From NCBI GenBank assembly GCA_047606565.1, contig JASGEH010000069.1, positions 23,188-87,187 on the forward strand: a stretch of 64,000 bases of DNA, written 5' to 3'. The translations under genes and the position numbers were made by a program. The notes beneath the pieces are model-generated. The model was not told the DNA's origin. It searched no databases and saw only the letters and a list, made by a program, of their open reading frames with translations. The stretch comes from Comamonas sp. GTDB lineage: Bacteria > Pseudomonadota > Gammaproteobacteria > Burkholderiales > Burkholderiaceae_C. Shown in pieces: positions 1 through 7,077 of this stretch (its first letter is position 1; every line of letters begins with the position of its first letter).

Positions 1-977
1 CCGACGTGGCGGTGCTCAAGATCGACGCCAGCCACCTGCCCACGGTGCGTCTGGGCGATGTGCGCAGCCTGAAGGTGGGCGAGTGGGTGCTGGCGATCGG
101 CTCGCCCTACGGGCTGGAGAACACGGTGACGGCCGGCGTGGTCAGCGCCAAGGGCCGCAGCCTGCCCGACGACAGCACAGTGCCTTTCATCCAGACCGAC
201 GTGGCGGTCAACCCCGGCAACTCGGGCGGGCCGCTGTTCAACTCGCGCGGCGAGGTGGTCGGCATCAACTCGCAGATCTACAGCCGCACCGGCGGCTACC
301 AGGGCCTGTCCTTCGCCATCCCGATCGACCTGGCGATGCGCGTCGAGCAGCAGCTCGCCGCGCACGGCAAGATCGAGCACGCCAAGCTCGGCGTGGCGAT
401 CCAGGACGTCAACCAGAGCCTGGCCGACTCCTTCGGACTGGACACCCCGTCCGGCGCGCTGGTCAGCAACGTCGAGACGGGCAGCGCCGCCGCCAAGGCC
501 GGCCTCAAGCCCGGCGACGTGATCCTGAAAGCCAACGGCCAGGCCATCGCCACCTCGGGCGACCTGCCGGCGCTGGTTGGGCTGGCCAAGCCCGGCGATG
601 CGCTCACGCTCGACATCTGGCGCCAGGGCAAGCCACAGACGGTGGTGGCCACGCTGGTCAACATCGACGACAAGTCCGGCGCGGCCAGCAAGACCGCCAA
701 GGCCGAGCAGCAGGGCAAGCTGGGCCTGGCGCTGCGCCCACTGCAGCCGGCCGAGCAGCGCGCCTCGGGCATCGAGCACGGCCTGCTGGTCGAAGACAGC
801 ACGGGCGCGGCCGAGCGGGCCGGCGTGGAGTCGGGCGACGTGCTGCTGGCCGTCAACGGCACGCCGGTGGACAGCGCCGCCGAGGTGCGCGCGCTGGTCG
901 CCAAGGCCGGCAAGTCGATCGCGCTGCTGATCCAGCGCGGCGACGCGCAGATCTTCGTGCCGGTGCGGCTGGGCTGA
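1..977 (+). CDS. HtrA/DegP/MucD-family periplasmic serine endoprotease, C-terminal part (5' end lies outside the window)
   Basis: The reading frame is open to the window edge. It has the trypsin-like catalytic Ser motif GNSGGPL followed by two PDZ-like segments (…GSAAAKAGLKPGDVIL…, …GAAERAGVESGDVLLAVNG…). Confidence 0.9.
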   Translation, partial: DVAVLKIDASHLPTVRLGDVRSLKVGEWVLAIGSPYGLENTVTAGVVSAKGRSLPDDSTVPFIQTDVAVNPGNSGGPLFNSRGEVVGINSQIYSRTGGYQGLSFAIPIDLAMRVEQQLAAHGKIEHAKLGVAIQDVNQSLADSFGLDTPSGALVSNVETGSAAAKAGLKPGDVILKANGQAIATSGDLPALVGLAKPGDALTLDIWRQGKPQTVVATLVNIDDKSGAASKTAKAEQQGKLGLALRPLQPAEQRASGIEHGLLVEDSTGAAERAGVESGDVLLAVNGTPVDSAAEVRALVAKAGKSIALLIQRGDAQIFVPVRLG

Positions 978-1104
978 TTGACCCAGGCCGGGGCGCGCCC
1001 CGGCCGCGTTCGCCAACCGGCAGCGATGGCTTCGCACTTCGCGCCTGCGGCCGGGCCGGCTCGGCATTAGCATCGGCGGCTTTGCACACGAGAGCGCGCC
1101 GCCG

Positions 1105-2034
1105 ATGTTGTCCTTCTCCGAAACCAGCCTGTGGATTCCCGTGGTGGTGCTGGCCGCCGCCGCGCAGACCGTGCGCAACACCGCGCAGCGTTCGCTCAGC
1201 GGCGGGCTGGGCGCCTGGCCGGCCACGCTGGTGCGCTTTCTCTACGGCCTGCCGTTCACGCTGGCGGTGCTGGCACTGCTCTACCTGCTGCCGGCGCAGG
1301 CCCCGGCGCTGCCGCCCTTCGGGCCGGCCTACTTCGGCTGGATCGTCTTCGGCGCCTTCTTCCAGGTCGCCGCCACGGCGGCCTTGCTGATGGCGATGCA
1401 GGCCGGCAACTTCGCCGTCTCGGTCACCTTCTCCAAGACCGAGGTGCTGCAGCTGGTGCTGTTCGGCGCGCTGTTCCTGGGCGAGTTGCCGGCGCCGCTG
1501 CAGTTGGCCGGCGCGGCACTGGCGACCGCCGGCGTGGTGCTGCTGGCCTGGCACGGCAAGGGCGCGGCGCCGCAGGGCGGCCGCCTGGGCCGGGCCTCGT
1601 TCTACGGCCTGGTCTGCGGCGCCTGCTTCGCGCTGGCGACGCTGGGCTTTCGCGGCGCGGCGCTGCAGTTGCCGGGCATCAGCCCCTGGCTGTCGGCGGC
1701 CTGGGGCGTGGTGCTGGCGCAGGGCCTGCAGACGCTGGCACTGGGCGGCTGGCTGGCCTGGCGCGACCGCGCTGGGCTGCGGGCCTGCCTGCGCAACTGG
1801 CGCGTGTCGCTGCTGGCCGGGGCGATGGGCGCGCTGGCCTCGCTGCTGTGGTTTACCGCCTACGCGCTGCAGACGGTGGCGGCGGTGCGCACGCTGGGCA
1901 TGGTGGAGGTGCTGTTCGGCTACCTGGTCTCGCGCCGCCTGCTGCGCGAGCGGCTGCGCCCGGCCGAGCAGTGGGGCATCGCGCTGGTGGTGCTGGCGGT
2001 GCTGCTGACCGGCTTGGGCGACTGGCGCGCATGA
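1105..2034 (+). CDS. EamA/DMT-family membrane transporter
   Basis: 309 aa, very hydrophobic with about 10 predicted TM segments in a two-halves DMT-like layout. Codon third positions are GC-rich in this frame. Confidence 0.7.
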   Translation: MLSFSETSLWIPVVVLAAAAQTVRNTAQRSLSGGLGAWPATLVRFLYGLPFTLAVLALLYLLPAQAPALPPFGPAYFGWIVFGAFFQVAATAALLMAMQAGNFAVSVTFSKTEVLQLVLFGALFLGELPAPLQLAGAALATAGVVLLAWHGKGAAPQGGRLGRASFYGLVCGACFALATLGFRGAALQLPGISPWLSAAWGVVLAQGLQTLALGGWLAWRDRAGLRACLRNWRVSLLAGAMGALASLLWFTAYALQTVAAVRTLGMVEVLFGYLVSRRLLRERLRPAEQWGIALVVLAVLLTGLGDWRA

Positions 2035-2100
2035 AGCGCACGAGGCGCATGACGCGCATGACGCAGCCTCGGCGCACGGCGACCGCCGCCACCCGCCTCT

Positions 2101-2208
2101 TGTAGTAGTCACCCGCCATCCCGCGCCGCCGGAAAACCCGCGCGGCGCCGCCCCGCCCTGGGGCGCACCGGCCCTCCGTCGCATCCGGGCCACGGATTTA
2201 CTACTACA
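2101..2208. repeat. 108-bp GC-rich intergenic element bounded by a 9-bp inverted repeat (TGTAGTAGT ... ACTACTACA)
   Basis: TGTAGTAGT at 2101-2109 is the exact reverse complement of ACTACTACA at 2200-2208. The right arm contains the prophage target site. Confidence 0.5.
2203..2208. repeat. Target-site duplication, left copy (ACTACA)
   Basis: ACTACA lies immediately outside the TGAAG prophage terminus. An identical hexamer lies immediately outside the other terminus at 40994-40999. Confidence 0.8.
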
Positions 2209-2253
2209 TGAAGCGCGGCGCGATATTTGCCCTACTGCAAGTGAGATATTTGG
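2209..2253 (+). repeat. Prophage terminus (late/tail side) with two putative transposase-binding repeats
   Basis: Sequence is TGAAGCGCGGCGCGATATTTGCC…GTGAGATATTTGG, with motif copies at 2220-2230 and 2243-2253 (23-bp spacing). From memory, the first 15 nt resemble the phage Mu right-end terminus TGAAGCGGCGCACGA. Confidence 0.75.
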
Positions 2254-2313
2254 ATCGGATTTGAATTGCACGTAGCGTAAAGGAATTACGCTGCAGAAAA
2301 CACTTATGTCTGA

Positions 2314-2335
2314 TCGCCTTCGGCCCTGAAGGCGA
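2314..2335 (-). terminator. Hairpin downstream of the last late-arm gene (possible terminator)
   Basis: Perfect 8-bp stem TCGCCTTC/GAAGGCGA with a 6-nt loop, about 45 nt after the stop at 2380. On the transcribed strand only a delayed TTTTC follows, so it is not a canonical U-tract. Confidence 0.35.
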
Positions 2336-2379
2336 ACTTGACCAGGATTGTGGTCTTCACCAGGTTGCCCTGGGGTACC

Positions 2380-2622
2380 TCAATCTGCCTGGATGCAATC
2401 CCATCCATCAGACCCGTTCAACACGCGTTTCGTTGAATCTAGCTGCGCAGTAGCAGCAGTCACTACCACATAGGTCGATCGTTCGCCAGTTGGGGCAGCA
2501 ATGCTTTCAATGGGGGCGAATAGATCCTCGTTAGTGATGGCATCGACACCGACCCTCACACGGTCACCTTTTTTCAAGTCGGCAGCAAGAACAAACTTAG
2601 GCATCTTGGTCATGCTGTCCAC
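2380..2622 (-). CDS. Hypothetical small protein (80 aa), terminal cargo gene of the late arm
   Basis: The ORF begins 5 nt after the J-like stop. It is visibly more AT-rich than neighbouring phage genes. I recognised no family. Confidence 0.55.
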   Translation of the reverse strand: MDSMTKMPKFVLAADLKKGDRVRVGVDAITNEDLFAPIESIAAPTGERSTYVVVTAATAQLDSTKRVLNGSDGWDCIQAD

Positions 2623-2626
2623 GCTA

Positions 2627-4891
2627 TCACAAGATAGTCAGTTCCAACACGTCCCCCTCCACCCCCACCGGCGTGCCAGCGGCGACAGGTAGAAGAGAGA
2701 TGGTCAGCTTGGTCCCCGCCGGATACACCGGCAGCAGCAGCTCCCGCCCCAACACCGTGACATGCCCGGCCACCGGCACCTGCTCGGCGGCGCCGCCGTC
2801 GACCGACACGCGCACGTCGGCGCCGTGGGCGGCTTCGAGTTCCCAGACCAGGCGCAGCGCACCGCCGTCCGCCGGCAGCGCGGCAAGGTTGAAGGCGCGG
2901 GCCACCAGACGTTCGCCGCTGGTGACTTCGGGCACGGTGCCCAAGCCGTACTCCAGCGGGTAGTAGGCCTCGTACTCGTCCCGGGCCGTGATCTTGACGC
3001 GCCGGGCGCTGGACGGCTCCATGCCGATGATGCGCACGCGTTTGCCAGGTGTTGCCAGAGGGCCGGCCAGGAAGGTCCAGTCCTCGGGCAGCGTGTCTTC
3101 CCAGTCCTCGACGGCCTCGTCGTTGAGCGTGGCCGCGCCCAGCCAGCCGGGCGCATCCTCGGCCGACCAGGTGCCCTGCACGACGAGGCGGCGGGTGCGG
3201 CCATCGGGTGGAGCGCACAGCACCGTGAACGGGTCGCCACCTGGCGGGGTGACCATCAGCCAGAACTCGGTACCGCCCTCGGGCAACTCGACCTCGGCCG
3301 AGAGATCCACGGCCGTGACCTGGCCATCGGCGACAGCCAGGCCGCGTAGGCGGCCGCTGTAGGCCCACCGGGTCAGGTCATGGGCGAGCTGGATGATGTC
3401 GCCCGTGGCCACGGTCAGGCCCATGAGCGTGCTCTCCCAGGTCATCGTGCGCCGGTGGTAGTAGGCTGACGCCGCCAGCAGGTTGACCAGGCGCTGGGCC
3501 TGGGCCTGCGGCATGCTGTAGACCGCCTCCTCGACGGTCTGATTGACCGGCAGCGTCACGCCGGGCACCGTGGCATAGACCGTGTCGGCCTCGTAGTCAT
3601 TGTCGGATCGGGGATACGACAGCCCGAACTCGTCGACCGTGTCGTCCGTGATGTAGGCGATGCGGAAGGTGCCGGCAACGATGTTGCTGGCGCCGAACGC
3701 GGTCAGCCAGGGCTGGCCCGCGGCCTCCCACCAGACCGAGAGCTTGCCCGGTGCCCAGGTCTTGCGCGCGCGGCCGGCGGCGGCGATGTCGTCGAGCACC
3801 GCCCCGGCGCTGCGCTGCGACGACAGCGCCATGCGGCAGGTCAAGCCGGCGCTGTCGCAGAACTGGCCCCAGGCGATCAGCGTGCCGTAGTCGATCCGGT
3901 TGTTGGTCAGCCCGGCACCGAACAACCGCGCGCCATTGCTCGCGGCCGGCTCGTCCAGCCAGCCGGCCTGGCCCAGGTGATCCGGCGCGGCCGTGGCGTT
4001 CAGGAACCCGCCCCGCGCGAAGTAGAGGAACAGCCAGGCCGGATTGACCGTGTACGTCCACGTCCACGCACCGTTGCCCGAACCCGGCAAGGAACCGTCC
4101 CACGGATCGCTGCTGTCCCACACCCAGCACTTGCTGCGCACCAGGGCCGAGTAGCGGTCCACCGTGCCGCTGAGCTGCCCGGTCGCCTTGATGAGCAGCC
4201 CCTGCCGGCGCTGGGCCGGGTACAGCGCGTCGCCTTCGCGGAACACTTTCACGCGGGTCCATTCCAGCTCCGAGACGTCGTTGGCATCGGTCGGGTCGGG
4301 CGTCACGCGGCGCACCTGGAACTTGATCGCCGGCTGGTCCAGATAGGCCGAGTAGGTCTCGCGGGCCACCCGGCTGCTGCCGTTGGTCATCGTCATGGGC
4401 GAGAACGGGAAATCCACCCACGTCGACGAGCCCGGCACCTGGTACTGCGCCTCGAACACGCACGACAGATTCTCGATGCCACCGCTGCCCTGGCGGAACA
4501 GCCGGCCCGTGATGTCGAGCTGGATGTAGCGTCCGCCCTGCGAGCCCTGGCGCTCGACCCAGCCGCTGTTGGTCACGCTGTCGTTCTGCTCCAGCGCGCC
4601 GCCGTCGACGGTCTGCACATTGCCCGGGAAGTCGTCGCCCGGCCAGTTGACGCTGGTGTAGCCGGCCAGCGCGGTACGGTCGGCCTGGCCGGCGGGCACG
4701 TGGCTGTCGATCAGCTCGGCCGCGTTGTACTGCGCCAGGTCGTTGGCGCCGATACGCGGCTCGCTGATCGTCAGGTCGCCAAAGCCGAAGTTGAACTGCT
4801 GCGTCAGCCGCTCCGTGTTGTAGGTGACCGTGTAGCCGTACCGAACCAGTACAGGCAGCGCGGTGTTCAGTGCGCTCCAACTCGCCATCAC
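2627..4891 (-). CDS. Host-specificity (lambda gpJ-like) central tail fibre / tail tip protein
   Basis: 754 aa, last large gene of the tail-tip module after the gpK-like and gpI-like genes. It begins with an ATGA overlap on the upstream gene. The central region resembles J-family proteins (…YPAQRRQGLLIKATG…, …NPAWLFLYFARGG…). Confidence 0.75.
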   Translation of the reverse strand: MMASWSALNTALPVLVRYGYTVTYNTERLTQQFNFGFGDLTISEPRIGANDLAQYNAAELIDSHVPAGQADRTALAGYTSVNWPGDDFPGNVQTVDGGALEQNDSVTNSGWVERQGSQGGRYIQLDITGRLFRQGSGGIENLSCVFEAQYQVPGSSTWVDFPFSPMTMTNGSSRVARETYSAYLDQPAIKFQVRRVTPDPTDANDVSELEWTRVKVFREGDALYPAQRRQGLLIKATGQLSGTVDRYSALVRSKCWVWDSSDPWDGSLPGSGNGAWTWTYTVNPAWLFLYFARGGFLNATAAPDHLGQAGWLDEPAASNGARLFGAGLTNNRIDYGTLIAWGQFCDSAGLTCRMALSSQRSAGAVLDDIAAAGRARKTWAPGKLSVWWEAAGQPWLTAFGASNIVAGTFRIAYITDDTVDEFGLSYPRSDNDYEADTVYATVPGVTLPVNQTVEEAVYSMPQAQAQRLVNLLAASAYYHRRTMTWESTLMGLTVATGDIIQLAHDLTRWAYSGRLRGLAVADGQVTAVDLSAEVELPEGGTEFWLMVTPPGGDPFTVLCAPPDGRTRRLVVQGTWSAEDAPGWLGAATLNDEAVEDWEDTLPEDWTFLAGPLATPGKRVRIIGMEPSSARRVKITARDEYEAYYPLEYGLGTVPEVTSGERLVARAFNLAALPADGGALRLVWELEAAHGADVRVSVDGGAAEQVPVAGHVTVLGRELLLPVYPAGTKLTISLLPVAAGTPVGVEGDVLELTIL

Positions 4892-5868
4892 ATGCCTCCA
4901 CCATCGCCGCTGTCGCCGCTGTCACCACTGGAATCCCCGCTGTCGGAGCCGTCGTCGCCCGAGCTGTCGCTTGGCCCATCGCCGCCGCTCGACCCGTCAT
5001 CGCCGGTGTCGGCAATCAGCGTCAGGTAGTCCTCGTAGGTGGCGACCTGGTCGGTGCTGGCCGTGTGGCGCACGACAAAGGTATGCGGCCGCGTGACCGT
5101 GCCGCCACTGCTGCTGGTGTAGGTCCGGCTCGCGCCATCGCCGTAGTACGCCAGCAGATCGCCATCGGTCGCCGAGCCCGTCGTCGAGATCAGCACCCAC
5201 GGCGACAACACCTCGCCGGCAGAGAACCCGAAGTCCGGGTGCGTCTGCGTCTCGTAGACCGGCGTGTTGTTGATCACCTCGGTCGTGGTCGTCGGGTCCA
5301 GCACGTACTCGGCGAAGGGCCGGCAGGCGTAGTCCGGATACACCCGGTGCTCACCCAGAACCAACTGCAACGGCTCGTAGGGCCGCGCCGAATTCGAGCC
5401 GCCCTCCACGCTGTAGGCCGTGGGCGCATCGTCGGCGGCATAGGCACTGCTGCTGCTCTTGCGCGCGAGCGACGACGCCAGCGTCGAGACCGCGAAGGCG
5501 ATCGCCGCATTGGCCGCAAACGCGATAGCCGTGCCCAGCACAAAGGCCGTGCCATAGGCCATGTTGGCCGACATGATCAGCTTGGCCGTGACCGCGCTGC
5601 CCTCGACCACGCCCTTGGGCACCTGGCGCAGCACCAGCAAGTCGGAGACGGCCACGGGCGTGGCGGACCACTGCTCGGCACCCAGCGGCCGGCCGTTGAT
5701 GACCACGGCCAGCGGCGTCGACGCCAGGCCCAGCCGGCCGACGATAGCCTGCACCGTATCGCCCGGCACCAGCGCCACCGTCAGCGCCTGGCGGTCGCTG
5801 GCCGGCCGCAGCGGGTTCGGGCACCAGGTGACCGAGATGGTGGGCATCAGCCCCGGGTCTACAGCCAT
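4888..5868 (-). CDS. Tail assembly protein gpI-like with a C-terminal extension and an Asp/Gly/Ser-rich tail
   Basis: The start at 5868 (MAVDPGLMPTISV…) overlaps the gpK-like stop. The layout follows lambda gpI: a ubiquitin-like N-terminus, a hydrophobic AFVLGTAIAFAANAAIAFAV segment, then a …LVLGEHRV… motif. About 100 extra residues end in DDGSSGGDGPSDSSGDDGSDSGDSSGDSGDSGDGGG. The long upstream part of ORF 4888..6297 is an Arg/Pro-rich shadow. Confidence 0.65.
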   Translation of the reverse strand: MAVDPGLMPTISVTWCPNPLRPASDRQALTVALVPGDTVQAIVGRLGLASTPLAVVINGRPLGAEQWSATPVAVSDLLVLRQVPKGVVEGSAVTAKLIMSANMAYGTAFVLGTAIAFAANAAIAFAVSTLASSLARKSSSSAYAADDAPTAYSVEGGSNSARPYEPLQLVLGEHRVYPDYACRPFAEYVLDPTTTTEVINNTPVYETQTHPDFGFSAGEVLSPWVLISTTGSATDGDLLAYYGDGASRTYTSSSGGTVTRPHTFVVRHTASTDQVATYEDYLTLIADTGDDGSSGGDGPSDSSGDDGSDSGDSSGDSGDSGDGGGM

Positions 5869-6227
5869 GCGTAGTAGCCCTCCACCTTGTACGGCAGCCG
5901 GGCCAGTGGCGTGCGCACGCTCGACCCGAACAGCGAATCGCTGTGCAGCACATAGGGCACGCGGTCTATCAAGCAGTACAAACCGATGTGCGCCCGGCGG
6001 CCGCGCGCCCACATCAGCACGCCGCAGCCGTCCTCGGCCTGGCCGATGGGCCGGGCGAAGTCCGCCGCGTGATCGACGATCAGGCTGGAGCGATGCACCA
6101 GGTCGTCCGCCTGGCGCTGGGGGAAATGCACGTCGCGGCCTAACTGCTCGCGCAGAACGCGCTCGACAAGCTGACCGCAGTCCAGCACGGCGTGCGGGAT
6201 GTTGAGATAAGGATCGGACCAATGCAT
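5859..6227 (-). CDS. NlpC/P60-family tail protein (lambda gpK-like position)
   Basis: 122 aa with a Cys motif (LDCGQLV) and a downstream His (RRAHIGLY) typical of NlpC/P60. It sits between the DUF1833-like and gpI-like genes. Confidence 0.7.
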   Translation of the reverse strand: MHWSDPYLNIPHAVLDCGQLVERVLREQLGRDVHFPQRQADDLVHRSSLIVDHAADFARPIGQAEDGCGVLMWARGRRAHIGLYCLIDRVPYVLHSDSLFGSSVRTPLARLPYKVEGYYAWL

Positions 6228-6703
6228 CAGAACAGCCCCGGCGCAGTCTCCGGCCGGTAGGTGTAGCCCACGGCCGACTTGTTGAGGATGTCGTCATAGC
6301 CGAGCTGGCCGGTGACGGACTTGACGGTTACTTCGATGTTGCGCAGATCCAGCGTCAGCTCGTCCTCCACGAAATCCGGCGCGCCGCGCATGATCTGGAT
6401 CGCCGTAATGACCGCGCCCCGGCCACCGTGCGTGCGCTCGAAGAACGCGCCCACGCCGCCCGAGAAGTTGGCAATGGCCAAGCTGGCCGCCGGCGTGCGG
6501 CCGTCCTGGTCATCGGGCCAGACGAACTCGAAGGCGCTGGCCAGGTACAGCCGCTCGCGCGAGACGATGTCGGCGTTGTCATTGACGAAGCGCATGGGCT
6601 CGGGCAGCAACGCATGCGACAGCTCCAGCAACATCAGCGGCCGGTCGTCGGGCGAGAGCTGCTGCGCGGCGCGGCGGAATCGAGTGGACTTGCGCGCGCT
6701 CAC
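6227..6703 (-). CDS. Minor tail protein, DUF1833-like (gpL position)
   Basis: 158 aa, overlapping its neighbours by 1-4 nt. The position follows the tape measure and a gpM-like gene. The family call is from memory of DUF1833 phage proteins. Confidence 0.55.
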   Translation of the reverse strand: MSARKSTRFRRAAQQLSPDDRPLMLLELSHALLPEPMRFVNDNADIVSRERLYLASAFEFVWPDDQDGRTPAASLAIANFSGGVGAFFERTHGGRGAVITAIQIMRGAPDFVEDELTLDLRNIEVTVKSVTGQLGYDDILNKSAVGYTYRPETAPGLF

Positions 6704-7074
6704 AGCCAGTACTCCAAGGTGAACGACGCCAGGTAGTCATCGAAACGGTTGCTCAAGGCCTTGTAGGCCACCTCGCCCGAGACGATGCGCGCGCGGCGCA
6801 GCGTGGCGCCGGCCGGGTCCTCCGGGTCGGGCCATGCGAAATAGGCCGTGCCCAGACGGAGGCTCTCGCGCCGCCAGATCTCGAACGCATCCTTGTCGGC
6901 CTGGCTGGCCAGCCGGTAGCTCAGCGCGATCTCGTAGCGGGCCAGCGACTGGATCGGCACCTGTTCGACGAAGCCGTCATCCATCTCGGTGCGCTCGACG
7001 CCGCCAGTGGCCGTGGGCTCGTAGTCGTCTTCCAGCACCAGCTGGGCATAGTCGGGAAAACGGGTGTAGGCCAT
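6700..7074 (-). CDS. Minor tail protein (gpM position)
   Basis: 124 aa, immediately downstream of the tape-measure gene and coupled by overlap to the next gene. I recognised no specific motif. Confidence 0.5.
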   Translation of the reverse strand: MAYTRFPDYAQLVLEDDYEPTATGGVERTEMDDGFVEQVPIQSLARYEIALSYRLASQADKDAFEIWRRESLRLGTAYFAWPDPEDPAGATLRRARIVSGEVAYKALSNRFDDYLASFTLEYWL

Positions 7075-7077
7075 GGC

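Noticed and set aside
853-2271. Long ORFs antisense to, or out of frame with, well-supported genes. Examples: 853..2271(-), 7087..9195(+), 41076..43082(-), 43207..46527(-), 44823..46535(+), 49752..51098(+), 51948..54167(-), 59917..62247(-), 60327..62765(+).
   Set aside because: They are typical high-GC shadow ORFs. Their composition is Arg/Ala/Gly/Pro-dominated with no recognisable motifs, and each fully overlaps a gene with clear family signatures and GC3-rich codon usage on the other strand or frame.
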